Positions 1-12,905 of a DNA stretch of 64,000 nt are shown one piece after another (within the stretch, counting starts at the first letter, position 1; each line of letters begins with the position of its first letter). The DNA comes from Gekko japonicus (taxonomy: Eukaryota). The stretch lies in NCBI RefSeq assembly GCF_001447785.1, contig NW_015167598.1, forward strand, positions 1 through 64,000, read 5' to 3'. Made by a program: the position numbers and the translations under genes. Under the pieces are notes generated by a model that searched no databases, was not told the origin of the DNA, and saw nothing but the letters and a program-made list of their open reading frames with translations.

Positions 1-198
1 ATATTAATTAGGAACAGACAAGTACCAGTACAACATGTCGTTACCAGAGACACTGGTCCTCGATCCATCTTGTTGTACCAGATAGTTTAGAATGCCCCAT
101 TCAATTTTTTAAAAATCCCTAAGATATATATCTACCTGGTAAAACCAGCCCAAGAATTCCCTGGTTGGAGGGAGGAAAAGCTTCAATCAGTGGAGACA

Positions 199-407
199 GA
201 TCCAGGTGGGTCGGAAGCAGCAGAATAAAGTTGGAGCCCAGCGGCGCCTTTAAGACCAACAAAGCTTCATTCAAGGTGTGAGCTTTCCTGTGCCAGGCAT
301 CAGCTTTTCATAATCTGAAGAAGCGTGCTTGCACACAAAAGCTCACACCTTGAATTAAACTTTGTTGTTGGTCTTAAAGGCGCCACTGGACTCAAAAGTT
401 TGTTCAT
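199..407. mobile_element. Palindromic Penelope-like retroelement remnant
   Basis: Inverted arms (gcgcctttaagaccaac / gttggtcttaaaggcgcc), a degenerate CTGAAGA..AAAAGCTCA motif, and 12-bp flanking direct repeat tcagtggagaca (187-198, 408-419). Confidence 0.7.
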
Positions 408-494
408 TCAGTGGAGACACCACCCCGTTGCAGTTTGGGAGCCTGCGAGCCAATGAAAATGCGGGCGAAGCATGCTCAGTAAAGATGCGCAGAA

Positions 495-913
495 GGGGTT
501 GCCAGCTCTGGGTTAGGAAACACCTGGAGGTTTTGTGGGAGGATCTTGGAGAGGGCGGGGTCTCAGCAGGGTCTAAGGCCACATACCCCACCACCCAAAG
601 CAGCCATTCTCTCCAGCCATTCTCTTGAAGATCAATTGTAATAGCGGGAGATCTCCAGGTGCCACCTGGATGTTGGTGGCCCTAGACAGGGTTCTCAGCT
701 CTGGGCTGGGAAATATCTGGAAATTTAGGGGGGGGGGTAGTAATGCCTGTGGAGGGCGGGGTTTGGCGAGGGGAGGAACCTCGTCAGGTATGGTGCCACA
801 GAATCCAGTTTCTAAAGAAGCCATTTTCTCCAGGGGAACCGATCTCTGTAACCTGGAGATTAATTGTAAGAGTGGGAGATCTCCAGGCCCCACCTGGAGT
901 CTGGCAACCCTAG
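495..913 (-). mobile_element. Two adjacent hAT-type MITEs of the TAGGGTTGCC-terminus family
   Basis: Termini ggggttgccag...tggcaaccctag; two similar ~200-bp units in tandem. Confidence 0.6.
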
Positions 914-1778
914 TGTGGATAGCACTTCTTCCACGCTCTTGATGGCTCCATCCTCTCTCCCAGTCGGATCCTCTTGCACAGTGAGTGGGACTTATTCCCA
1001 AGCAGGCAGGCATGGGACTGCTTTAATATCTTGCAAAGTGTCTTCAGGTTCAGTTCAATGCCCCATCAACGCTGCTGCATGAAGAATGGATACAGGTTGA
1101 TGGCTGCAAATTGTCATCTCATTCCTTCTTACAAAACAAATAATAATCCAAAAGCCCGTAAAAGGAAGACAGATTCACAGCACATACATGACTCGTGTAC
1201 GGAATGACTGTGGCTTTCAGTTTAAATGGTTCTTTGAAAGCAATTAGACTAATCTGTGGAATGAAACCTATCGTGACTATTAGCTATGATACCTAAATGT
1301 GGAACCTCCATAATCAACTGCTAGGTTGGCAGGAGCTCATTAGCTTAAACAGGTTTAATTGGAAATTTTCTTTAACTATTGTTGCAAGCCACCTTGAACC
1401 ATGAAGAAAGGCAGGGTATAAATGTTTAAAAAAAATAATTTCTACAAAATCCTGACTGGATCTGTGTTAGAGAAACTCTCTGAGAGACACTGGTCTCTTT
1501 CAGCACAATGAAGTATTAGGGGTCCTGGCATCTCATCTTCTACCAGCAGAACAGAGAACTTCTTCAATTATTTAATTTAAGATAAAGCCTAACTTTTTTC
1601 TCACAAGACAAGACTTTGGTAAGCAGATACAGATACCAATTCGTCTTACTATGACAGAGAAAATGTATGCCATACAAATCAGGTCTCCTCACATTTTTTC
1701 AAACTTAGCCAAATGTATGGATTTAAGGCAAATCAGGTTTGTCAAGAATGTGAGTTAAAGTTTTGAATAAGAATATAT

Positions 1779-2125
1779 CGGAGACTCTTGAGAGCCCCCT
1801 GGACTGCAAGGAGATCGAATCAGTCAGCCCTAAAAGAAATCAACCCTGACTGTTCCCTGGAAGGCCAGATAATGAAACTGAAGCTCAAATACTTTGGCCA
1901 CCCAATGAGAAGGGAGCACTCCCTGGAGAAGACCCTGATGCTGGGAAAGACTGAAGGTCAAAGAAGACGGGGACGGCAAAGGATGAGATGGTTAGACGGT
2001 GTCATAGATGCAACGAACATGAAGCTGAGCAAACTTCAAAGGACGGCAGAAGACAGGAGGGCCTGGTGTGATGTGGTCCATGGGGTCGCAAAAAGTCAGA
2101 CTCGACTGTGTGACTGAACAACAAC
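1779..2125 (+). mobile_element. BovB/RTE LINE 3' fragment
   Basis: Encodes LKLKYFGH.MRREHSLEKTLMLGKTEGQRRRGRQRMRWLD (RTE RT C-terminus) and ends in a ctgaacaacaac tail. Confidence 0.92.
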
Positions 2126-3009
2126 CTATCGGGGCAACATGAATACCTGTGATTAAACTCCTTCTGCGTAAGCAACACTAGAGCCAAGAGAGCAGCTGGC
2201 CCTCACTGCATCCTTGTTGGGAGCTTCTCGGATATCTGTCTAACCCTGACCGGGGGTGGGAGTGCCATGGGTGAAAAGCTACTGTGCTTATCATGTATGC
2301 TTTTGAGCACTCTACAGAACCGTCGCAGGCTGCACCGCTTGCATTTCAGGGGCCAGGTGCATTAACTGAGGATCCATGTTTTACGCCCGACAGTGAGCTC
2401 TACTCCACCAAAGTTCTTATAGGGAGGGGAGAGACCTCAGCAGGGTATAATGCCAACAGAGTCCACAAAAGAGCCTCCTCAGGGGTTCAATTGTTGGACT
2501 AGTGCTGGGGTCCCCACGGACTCCTTTTCTGATGCCTGCCAAGCATTTTTAGAGAGTGGGTGGGGCCAGCTAGGGTGTTGCCCAGCAGGGCTTCTGATTG
2601 GCAGTTGGAGATTTGATTGGCAGTGCAGTTTTTTTTTTAAGTTGTTCTGGCAGCGGCTGTTAGCGCAGCACAAGGCTCTGTCCTCTGCTACTGAAGTTAG
2701 GCGGTGGTAATCCTTTTCTGCCTGGCTCCACCTCCTGTGGCAGAGAGTCTGTGGCAGCCATTTATTTGCTGCATTAACCTGGGGTATTCGAATGTGGTTT
2801 TGAGCCGCATCTTTTTCTGTTGCAGTGTGGGTTTGCTGCACCCACTGTGCCCTGTCAGAATTCCAAATGTGTCTGCAGGCTTTAAAAGATTGGGGACCCA
2901 TGGACTAGGGTCTGAGAGACCCACATTCAATGCTATGGGGATCTTTGGTTACCTTTGGCCAGTCACTCTCTGTCTCTTACCTACCTAAATATCTACAAAA
3001 TCCTTGTGG

Positions 3010-3600
3010 AGCCAGTTTGCCAGTTTGGTGTAGTGGTTAGGAGAGGGTTAGGAGAGGGACTCTAATCTGGGAGAACTGGGTTTGATTCCCCAGTCCTCCA
3101 CTTGCAGCTGCTGGATGACCTTGAGCAAGCCATAGTTCTGTCAGAGCTGTCCTTGGGTCAATCTCAGTCCTTTCAGAGCTGTTCTCTCAGGAGCATTTCG
3201 AGAGAGAGCTTTCTCAGCCCCACCTACCTCACAGGGTGTCTGTTGTGGGGAGGGGAAGGGAAAGGAAAGGAAACTGTAAGCAGCTCCAAGACTCCTTCAG
3301 ATAGTGAAGTAGTGGTTAAGTGTGCAGACTCTAATCTGGGAGAACCAGGTTTGATTCCCCACTCCTCCACTTGCAGCTGCTGGATGACCTTGGGTAAGCC
3401 ATAGTTCTGTCAGAGCTGTTCTTGAAAAAGAGCAGTTTCTGTCAGAGCTCTCTCAGCCCCACCTACCTCACAGGGTGTCTGTTGTGGGGAGGGGAGGGGA
3501 GAAGAAGGGAAAGGAGTTTGTAAACCGCTCTGAGACTCCGAGTGAAGGGCAGGGTATAAATCCAATCTCCTCCTCCTCCTCTTCTGCTTCTGCTTCTTCA
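3010..3600 (+). mobile_element. Two tandem Squam3-like tRNA/CORE SINEs
   Basis: gagccagtttggtgtagtggtt head, body occurring twice, (CTT)-rich tail. Confidence 0.8.
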
Positions 3601-4399
3601 CAGTGTTGTTGGGAGGGTAATATGGGGGAAGGGATGTGATCATCTGTTGCCACCCAGAGCTTCTAGGAGGAAGGGTGCAATACAAGGTACTTCTTAAATA
3701 GAAAGTCCCATGTACTATAGAAGGGATGAGAAAAGCCTCTCTGGCATCTGCCAGCACTGGGGGGCGGGGGGGGTGCTTTTGCAAACTGATTCTGTTTCTT
3801 TGGGAACTCTATGGGGTGAACCTGCAGTGACGCCCACCACAGGGTAGGGGGGAAGAAGCGGCCTCTGGCACAGGAGCAGCTTGCAACAGCTTTCCCAGTT
3901 CAGCTGCACACCAGACCTGTGTATTCTGCAGGCCTGATCTTGGGCCCAGTTGAGCCCAAGTGGTGGGATTGCCCAGGGAGAGTGAAGAGCCTGCCTCGTT
4001 GTCGAAATCAGTGAGGTCCGAAAGTGTCCTGGGCTGCGTGCTTTCATTTTAAGAGCTCGGGTACGAGGGCAGCTTTAAAACAACAACAGGACGGAGGCTG
4101 TGCAAGGGTGTCTCCCCAGTTCAATCAGCTTTCTGCATCGCCCATAAGCACGCTTGACCTTGCCAAGTCTGCCACTTAATTGCAGTTCCTGTGCCAATGT
4201 TTTGAAAAGAGAGACAATTTCCAAGGTTTTTTTTCCCCCCTAGGAGTGCATCTATAGTCCAAATGACTCATCACCCGTGGAAGACGCTTCTTCCTGCTTG
4301 TTAAGAGGGCTCTGCTGGAGCGCTTTGTGGTGTTAAAGGGAAAGCCATTTGAACGCAGACTTTTCCTTTGTGGGGGGCAGAGCATGGCTCTTTGGTGGT

Positions 4400-4650
4400 T
4401 TGGTGTAGTTTGGTGTAGCGGTTAGGAGTGTGGACTCTAATCTGGGAGATCTAGGTTTGATTCCCCACTCCTTCACATGCAGCTGCTGGTGTGACTTTGG
4501 GTCGGTCACAAGGCTCTCAGAGCTGTTCTCTCAAGAGCAGTCCTCAAAAGAGCTCTCTCAGCCCCATCTCCCTCATAGGGTGTCTGTTGTGGGAAGGGAA
4601 AGGAGATTGTAAGCCGCTCTGAGACTCCTTCCAGTCTCCTCCTGCTCCTC
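4400..4650 (+). mobile_element. Squam3-like SINE
   Basis: Same consensus as the other copies in the window. Confidence 0.8.
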
Positions 4651-4657
4651 CTGTTGC

Positions 4658-4722
4658 TCTTCTTCTTCTTCTTCTTCTTCTTCTTCTTCTTCTTCTTCTT
4701 CTTCTTCTTCTTCTTCTTCTTC
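4658..4722 (+). repeat. (TTC)n microsatellite, expanded SINE tail
   Basis: About 21 perfect TTC units seen directly. Confidence 0.97.
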
Positions 4723-4926
4723 TCATGCAGAAGGTGGATCCCAGGGGCTGCTGATCCCCAGCACCTCTTGCTAAAACCATCAGGAGAGCTGCTGTCAGCC
4801 AGAGACAAGGCTGATGAATGGTCTGACTCAGTAGAAGGCAGCTTCATGCAGTCAAAAGAGGGTGGAGAAAGAAGAATGTTCCTTCATTGCTGATTATTTT
4901 AAATTGCAGCATTAGATGGGAAGTAG

Positions 4927-5243
4927 GAAGCTGCGGTGGCTCAAGTGGTTAAGACGCTGAACTGCAGGCTGTGGAAGGTCAGTAGTTCAGCAGTTCGAGA
5001 CCCGGGTTGCCACATGATGGGGTGAGCTCCCATCTCTAGTTCCAGCTCCTGCCAACCTAGCTGTTCGAAAGCAAGACATTGCAAGTAGATAAATAGGTGG
5101 GAAGGTAACAGCGTTCCGTGCACTTTGGTGTTTAGTCATGCCGGCCACATGACCACGCAAACATCTTCGGACAGCGCTGGCTCTTCGGCTTTGAAACAGA
5201 GATGAGCGCCGCAACCCTAGAGTCGGACTCGACTGGCTTTCGA
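4927..5243 (+). mobile_element. Sauria SINE
   Basis: gcggtggctcaagtggttaagacgctg head and gtcatgccggccacatgacc core. Confidence 0.85.
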
Positions 5244-6675
5244 ATATAACAGACTTGATATAACAAACAAGAAAAACAGCGAGCCCTGCCACCTGGGTGC
5301 CGGTAGGCAGCCCCAACCCCTGTAGACATGTGGCCTTAGCTAGGGATAAATTTGGAACTTGTAAGCCGCTCAGAGACCCTTCGGGGTTGGAGCGGGGTAG
5401 AAATCGAAGATATAAATATAAATAAATAAAATTAATTGTTATACTGGTTTTTAAACTATTGTAAGCCGCCCTGAGGTGGGAGGGCGGGGTAAACGTCAAA
5501 TAAATAAATAAATAAATATAAAATGCGAAAAGGTGTACATTCAGTGAAATACTTCATAATACTTTTTTGGAACAATGAATTTAGAAGACTCAACATTAAA
5601 CATAAACCCAAGAAAGGGAAACCATTTCAGATGAAGATTAGAAATCTTTTGAAGCGTTGGTCTCTGTAAGAAATTGGATTGGTGCCTTAATATTGTGTGT
5701 TACTGTATGTCTTTCTGTGGATGGAGTTGATACTCCATCTTGGGTCGCACCCTATGGCTCCTAACTGCTTTAAACTTCATGAAAATGCTGGGGAAGAAAT
5801 TTGTTTATTCGAAACGAGTGAAATTAAATCTGGAAACCTCATCTCGGAATCCATACTTTGGACTTTGGATCTCATACGCTGGACTGGGGGCAGAGATCTA
5901 TTTGAGTATCTCATAACCCTTGCAGAATTAGAACATTTCGATTGTTTACTTGCTGTCTTCTTGCGAGCCATTGGTTTACTTTTTGTAAACTCATTATTTG
6001 GATGACTGTTACTTTACTTCTTTATTGCGATTATTTGGAATCGGTTTTGTATTAGAGGAATGGTTGTGTTAAGAAATAATCACATTTTATTTATTTATTT
6101 CTCACATTTATACCCCGCCCTCCCAGCCAAGGCCGGCTCACTCTTTACTTGAGGATAATCACTCTTTACTTGATAAAAAAAATATATTTCTTGTGTTTTG
6201 GGCTTTCTTTCACAGTCATATTTCCTATATTTCTCAGCCATGTGCCTGGCAGAACATTTCCATTTTACAGGCCATGTGGAACTGAAACAGATTCAGTTCC
6301 AGGTCTCATTTGGAAGGGCGTTCCACCAGGCAGGGGTTGAGGCAAGACAAGTACTTTGGGAGCCAGGGACCACCAAAAGGTTGTTATACATAAAGCACAA
6401 TCCTCTCTGGGGGACGTACGAGGACAGACGGTCCCAGAGGTATGTTGGTTAGTCCATGGGAGTGTGGATATAAAGTATGTTGGTTAGTCCATGGGGGCAT
6501 GGATATGAGGTATTTTGGTTGGTCAATAGGGGCACAGATACCAGTAAATTGCTTCCCTCAATCTTTGAAACTTGGTCTTCCCTGACAGGGATGTGTGTTT
6601 TGTAGCTTTCCTCCACACATCTACAGCCTGTCAAAAAGATGAGCCTCTGTACTTTTTTTTGGGGGGGGGGGTGCC

Positions 6676-7230
6676 TAGAGATGTGAAGGCCCGGGAAAAA
6701 AACAGAAACATTCGGGGGGGGGACCAATTGAAAAAAGAAAAGAAAAAAAATGATTATGGAACATTTTATTTTAACATGATGAATAAAATATTTTAAGACA
6801 AGGTGTTCAAATATTTTCCAAATCATTTCAGTGCTTGTGCACTGAGGACAAGCAAGTCCTAGGTTACAAACTGAACTCTCCAATGCAAGAACAAGATGCA
6901 TCTCTTCCTTTAGGAGGTGCTATTGTCAGAAGAAAATAAAAAGGTTTCAGTTTTGTTTTTGCATGTGGGTGGGTATTCTGTTTGTAATAATTGTTTGGAT
7001 ACACTATATTTTTAATATGCTAGTTGTGATAATTTCATGCCAAGTAAAAATGTCCATAGTTATATTTTATGTTCCTAAAGTAACAGAATGACTTTCAATC
7101 TAGAAAAGACAAAAGAAATGTAGCATTTTTTTTCAATTTTTCCGAAAGTGTCCGTTTTTTCGCGAAAAAAACTGGGGGGAAAACGGGGTTTTTTCCAAGC
7201 TTCAAAATTTCCGGAAATTTTACATCTCTA
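6676..7230. mobile_element. Non-autonomous hAT DNA transposon
   Basis: TIR TAGAGATGTGAA/TTTACATCTCTA and perfect 8-bp TSD ggggtgcc; paralog at 61315-61928. Confidence 0.9.
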
Positions 7231-7420
7231 GGGGTGCCATCAACTTATGGGAACCCCTGGTGGGGCTTTGAAGGCAAGAGACATTCAGAGGTGCTTTGCC
7301 ATTGCCTGTGCTTCACGACTCTGGTGTTCCTTCGTCATCTCCCATCCATATACTAACCAGGGCTGACCCTGCTTAGCTTCTGACATCTCATGAAATCGGG
7401 CTATCCTGAGCTATCCAACT
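7231..7420 (-). mobile_element. 5S rRNA-derived SINE (5S-Sauria type)
   Basis: Reverse complement resembles the 5S internal region GAAGCTAAGCAGGGTC..CCTGGTTAGTA..TGGATGGGAGA, joined to a non-5S body. Confidence 0.75.
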
Positions 7421-8130
7421 TCCACACAAAACCCATTCACAGCCAACACAGACTTCTGCTTTGATAGACTTTTGAAATGTTCCTTTTGTCTTTCATGGTT
7501 TCATTCCTAATTCTACAAGCTTCTCCATGAGGGGGATAGATATTGTCTCAAGAGGGTTGCATAAATACGTGTCCATCTTTAATCTCTCCTTTTCCTTGAG
7601 TCAGTAGACATTAATATTAACACAAATGGAAGGCTCCTTCTCAGAGAGGGCATGAAGGGTAAGTCTTGGGCACCAGTCACTCCACGGAAGCTTCTTGCAT
7701 CTATTGTCACCGTGAGACACCTCAGTCAAAAGTCTAGGATTAGCACAGCTTTGAAGTCGGTTCCTCAGCTCCAGCCCGTCCTTTGTTATGGGCCACAAAT
7801 GTGTGCGCTTAAACATCAAACGTCTGGAGTATCTGACAGCTAATTACAGCAGCTTGCTTTTAAGAAGATGTGTTTTTTTAAATGGGGAGGTACCACAGCG
7901 GCCTGCGTTTGAGGGTGTTTAGCCCAGAAGTCAAATGGGCATCTTTTTGAGAAGTAATTTAAACAGCGACAGTCTGAAGCATTGGGCCAGCTGGATCCTT
8001 CACTGTAAGCAAAACAGTGTGTTTGACTTTTCCATCTAGACATTTGCCTGAGACCGGGAAGTCCGCAGTGCCATAGGCCCATTTCTTGTGTCTGTCTCTC
8101 TGTATATTTTTATCCAGTTCTTCTTCCAAG

Positions 8131-8421
8131 AGAGCCAGTTTGGTGTAGTTGTTAGGAGTGCAGACTCTAATCTGGGAGAACTGGGTTTGATTCCCTACTC
8201 CTCCACATGCAGCTGCTGATGTGACCTTGGGTCAGTCATAAGTTTTCTCAGAGCTGTTCTCTCAAGGGCAGTTCTCGAAAGAGCTCTCTCAGCCCCCCCT
8301 ACCTCTCAGGGTGTCTGTTGTGGGGAAGGGAAGGGAAAGGAGATTGTAAGCCGCTCTGAGACTCCTTTGGGTAGTGAAGGGTGGGGTATAAATCTAATGT
8401 CCTCCTCCTCCTCTTCTTCTT
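8131..8421 (+). mobile_element. Squam3-like SINE
   Basis: Full-length consensus match with CTT tail. Confidence 0.85.
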
Positions 8422-8890
8422 CTGAGGTCAACAAATTCTTTATGGCCAGAAATGTTTGTGAGTCCACTTCTATTGAACACCTTTATCTAACAGGCAATGG
8501 AAGGGTTCTGCTATAGTGGCTTTGTGTTTATAAGAAAATATTATAAAATGTAGGATTCCCAGAAATACCTGAAGATCTTCCTTGCATTTGGTCTACGGAT
8601 ATCGCATATTGCCGTTACCTTATCCTGTGCAGGGTGGGTACCAGCTGCATCAATCTGGTGTCTCAGGAATGTGATCCTGGGAATTCACAGCTGCCATTTC
8701 TCCATCTTAACTGTGATGCCTGAAAGATCAAACTTCTGCAGAACGTTTTTGTCGATTCATGAGTTGTTTCCTAGAGGAGGCCATAATTAACACATCATTG
8801 AAGTAAGACACAACCCCGGGAATACCTGCTAATAAAGTTTCCATGAACTGCTGAGAGATTTCTGGTGCCACTCAGATTCCAAATTGAAGG

Positions 8891-9100
8891 CAGTGGAAAT
8901 GAACAAGAGTCCAGGAGCACCTTAAAGACTAACAAAATATGTGGCAGGGGATGAGCTTTCGTGAGTCACTGCTCACTTCTTCAGGGTATCTGAAGAAGTG
9001 AGCAGTGACTAATGAAAGGTCATCCCCTGCCACATATTTTGTTAGTCTTTAAGGTGCTACTAGACTCTTGCTCTTTTCTACTGTAACAGACAGACTAACA
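8891..9100. mobile_element. Palindromic Penelope-like element with hammerhead motifs
   Basis: Near-perfect ~95-bp inverted arms centred at ~8987; a CTGAAGA-stem-GAAA motif on each strand. Confidence 0.8.
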
Positions 9101-9102
9101 TA

Positions 9103-9498
9103 GGACCCTGCCACACGGGGGGGGAATAGCACGGGCAAAGTGCAGCTTTCACATAGATCCCCTGAGCCGCCGCGCACTTCCTCCCTGGCACGATCAGATG
9201 CCGGGGGGAAGCCACTGAAAAAAGAGTGTGACAGCCGAACTGCGCATGTGTGCGCATGCGCAGTTCGGCGGGGAGCCTGGATTGATCCAGACGACGGGCG
9301 TGGCAGTGATCCCATGGCCGCGCTTGCAGCGGTGCTTCAGGTAAGTCCTCCTCTGTAGGAGGTTCTTTTTCGCAGCGGGTTTTCAGGGTTTAGGGACGGA
9401 TCGGGGACGGGTGCGCGCCGCTTCCCAGATATTGCGGTGAGATCGCGCCCGTTTGCTGCACCCCCTCTCCGGGCCAAAGTCTCCCATGTGACGGGGCC
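9103..9498. mobile_element. PIF/Harbinger-like MITE
   Basis: Imperfect TIR ggaccctgccacacgg/cccatgtgacggggcc and 3-bp TSD ATA; interrupts the Penelope tail. Confidence 0.65.
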
Positions 9499-9689
9499 AT
9501 AGCTACCCATCTTGATCTGTCTCCAAAGTGAAGGCATTTCACATGGAAAGCCCCTCTATGTGTAATAATGGTATCTGCAGCCTTGTCATGTACTATCAGT
9601 AGCTGATAGTTTTGAGCATGGTCCTGTTTAGCAAAACTCTTTCCTCCTGCTAGGACAGGCAACTACTGATTTATGTACAAGGAAGGGAT

Positions 9690-10620
9690 CACAGTTGTAG
9701 GTACATACCAAAAAACAAAGAAACACTGTGATAAAAATAATATTTAATAATTCATGTATATATGTATATCTATTCAAACTTGACAATATTGCTTAGGAAA
9801 TTCTGACATATTCAAGGAAAAGTCCAACGTCATGATAAAAATTATTACAATGTTATATTCCATTCAGCTGCATGTCTCTTTCCTATCTCAATAACAATGT
9901 TTGTTTCAGGACATTTTGAAAAATAATTTCAGCTGCAATATTTGCAAGCAGGGCTATTTTGGGGCAGGAACGCACAGGAACGGAGTTCCGGCTGGCTCCC
10001 GAGTTGGCCATGCCCAGCAGGAACTCATTAGTATAATAGGCCACACCCAACAGCAGAAACTCATTAGGATTGGCTACATTAGGGGTGTGTGGCCTAACAT
10101 GCAAAGGAGTTCCTGCTACAAAAAAGCCCTGGGTTTTGAAGACAAACAAGGTAAACAGAATAAGAAGCAAAACGTGGGTGTGGCTGGATAACCACACTTC
10201 TGGTAACATGGGGGTATGGCCTAATGTGCTAATGAGCTGTGCTGTCAGGGGTGTGGCCTAATATGCTAACGAGTTTCTGCTGTTGGGTGTGGCCTATTAT
10301 GCTAATGAGTTCCTGCTGGGCTATTTCTACAAAAAGAGCCCTGTTTGCAAGACAGTAAAAAAGAAGTTAGACTGCATTCAAAAGAAGTTAAGCTGTATCA
10401 AGAGGTTTACTCCTTCCAACCTTAGAGGATTACTCCTGAGGAAGACTAATGAAATGAGTATAAAACCGGGTGCTCATAGAGGATATCATGACGTTGGACT
10501 TTTCCTTGAATATGCCAGAATTTTCTAAGCAATATTGTCAAGTTTGAATAGATATACATATATACATGAGTTATTAAATGTTATTTTTATCACAGTGTTT
10601 CTTTGCTTTTTGGTATGTAA
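9690..10620. mobile_element. Penelope-like remnant with ~140-bp inverted arms
   Basis: 9690-9836 is the reverse complement of ~10485-10620; interrupted by a hAT MITE. Confidence 0.6.
9949..10343. mobile_element. hAT MITE with gggtgtggcctaatatgctaatgag subterminal repeats
   Basis: TIR CAGGGCTATTTT/AAAAGAGCCCTG and 8-bp TSD tttgcaag. Confidence 0.9.
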
Positions 10621-12810
10621 CTACTGGTTTATGGCAGGCCCTGGATAAAGTGCCTTATTTACAGTCCATTTATAATCCCGACAAATACATACATTGCCAT
10701 TTGGTTTCAAGACAGGAACAATAGGAGTGGCCCAGGTTGCATGAGTCACTGGTTCTGTAACTCCTTGTGCAATGAGCCAATCAAATTTTTCATTGGTCTC
10801 AGGGCAACAGAAACATTCTGGGCCTTCAGACAAATAGGTGTTATGGTAGGGTCCATTTGTGAAGTCACTGGTGGACCTTCGTATGCTCCTAATGCCTCAG
10901 TGAACACATGTGGGAACTCAGGTGCCAGTTCTTCCAGTATTGCTGGACAGACACTATGTACGTCTTCAACTGATTCCCAAAGGTGTGAACCAGTTTCTTC
11001 TCAGCAAGCTTCTGCAAATCCCTTTTGTAACTAGCAAGGGTCTGTCTCTCTGTCTGACAGGTCCATAGTGAACATCTGCATCCCAGCTTCCAAGGATATG
11101 AACAATCTGTCCATTGTAGTCATGAAGGTGACATTTTGATCTGTGTAATTTGGGAGAATGGTCCTGGCATAGCTGTGAAAATCTTTTGCTGTCCATGATG
11201 GTGGATCCGGCCCCAGAGTCAACTTCCATTTCACACTTCTGACCATTTATCTCTACAGTGGCAATCATTTCTGGACATTGCCCCTCAACAGCATCAATTC
11301 GTTGAACAGAGTACAGTGTTTGTACTTCTTCCTCAGGGAAAACCCCCAAGTTATGGGCAGTTTGAAGCTAGGAAACTTTCCCCTGCTTTCTTTGTTTCCT
11401 TGGATTAGGCTAACAAACTCTTTCTATGTGACCCCTTTTTTGGCAAGTGTGACACTCAGCATTCCTGAATCTACATTCCCTTTGTTTTATGTTGCTCTCC
11501 ACAGCTATAAGGAGCCGAGGTGGCTCAAGTGGTTAAGACGCTGAACTGCAGGCTGTGGAAGGTCAGTAGTTCAGCAGTTCGAGACCCGAGTGTGCCGCAT
11601 GACGGAGTGAGCTCCCGTCTCTAGTTCCAGCTCCTGCCAACCTAGCAGTTCGAAAGCAAGAAATTGCAAGTAGATAAATAGGTACCACTTCGGTGGGAAG
11701 GTAACAGCGTTCCGTGCGCCTTGGTGGTTAGTCATGCCGGCCACATGACCACGGAAACGACTTCAGACAGCGCTGGCTCTTCGGCTTTGAAACTGAGATG
11801 AGCACCGCAACCCTAGAGTCGGACTCGACTGGCTTTCGAGCAAGGGAACCTTTACCTTTACCACAGCTATAAGTAGAAGTGGGGAGGAGTGGGGGATCAA
11901 ACCCAGTTCTCCCAGATTAGAGTCCCTGCTCTTAACCTCTTAACCACTACACCAAACGTGCTCACTGTGATGAACAGAGACCTCTGTCCATTACATCTGA
12001 TGCCTCAGTATTTGGGATTGGGGCTGTCCTCAGTCACATACTACCAGATTAGAGTCCGCACTCCTAACCATTACACCGAACTGGCTCTCAATAGATGCAT
12101 GACTTGATTTATGTAATCCCATTGATGTAGATGTGAGCCTCTGTACTTGCTCCTCATCTGATTCCTGGGCTGCCTGTTATGAATTTCTCCGACATTACAG
12201 GAAGCGGCTTCAGCTACTAATGCTTGTTGCTGTGCTGCAGCAAAAGTCAGATTCCGTTCAGAGAGGAGGCGCCCCTGGTTGGCCTCGTCCTTAACTCCAC
12301 AGATGAGTTGATCTCGTTACAACCCTTCCAGAAGATCCCCGAATTCCCAATGTGATGGCGCTCTGCAATGCATTCTGCTATATTTTCACTGGCTCGTTGA
12401 TCACACTTTTAAAAAGTAGAACTTCTGTAGCGTAACAGATGATGTTGGGCAAAAAGGTGTCATCAACAGAGCTATCCGTCTGTCGTAAGCTTTTTGTACT
12501 TGGTGCAGCAGGAGCCGTCAGAGAACGAACCATAGCAAAAGTTTCTGCTCCACAGACAGTCGATAAAACAGCACGCTTTCAGTCTTTCCGTTCAATCTTA
12601 CTAGCCTGTAGATAGTAAGATAGTCTTTCTGCACAATAGTCCGAAGAAGTGGGTTGACTTACATCAAATTCTTCTATAAGATCCAGTGCAGCCATTTCTG
12701 TAGTGAGTCAGCACTAGTGTGAAAAGCAAGGAACGAGCTTGTCTGATCTCAACTTATTTCCACAGTTTCTTGGGTGTTTTAATAGCAGGGGGGTCCCACC
12801 TTTGTCACCA
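10621..12810 (-). mobile_element. Decayed Gypsy LTR retrotransposon internal region (gag, protease, RT start)
   Basis: Gag starts MAALDLIEEFDV..AERLSYYL at 12695; protease motif MEVDSGA; RT motif EPVTHATWATPIVPVLKPNGNVCICRDYK.TVNKAL; PBS-like TGGTGAC at ~12810. Many stops and frameshifts. Confidence 0.88.
11512..11860 (+). mobile_element. Sauria SINE inserted in the Gypsy element
   Basis: Full length, (ACCTTT)n tail, 13-bp TSD ccacagctataag. Confidence 0.92.
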
Positions 12811-12905
12811 TTATTTTGTGTAGTGGAGCAAACAACAAACACCCAGTTCTGTTTGGCTGATGGCCTCTTTACTAACTGTAACTGTAACTTAGCTATTGGA
12901 ATAAG

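Noticed and set aside
4506-4893. Poly-K, poly-R and poly-F ORFs
   Set aside because: Artefacts of the (TTC)n microsatellite.
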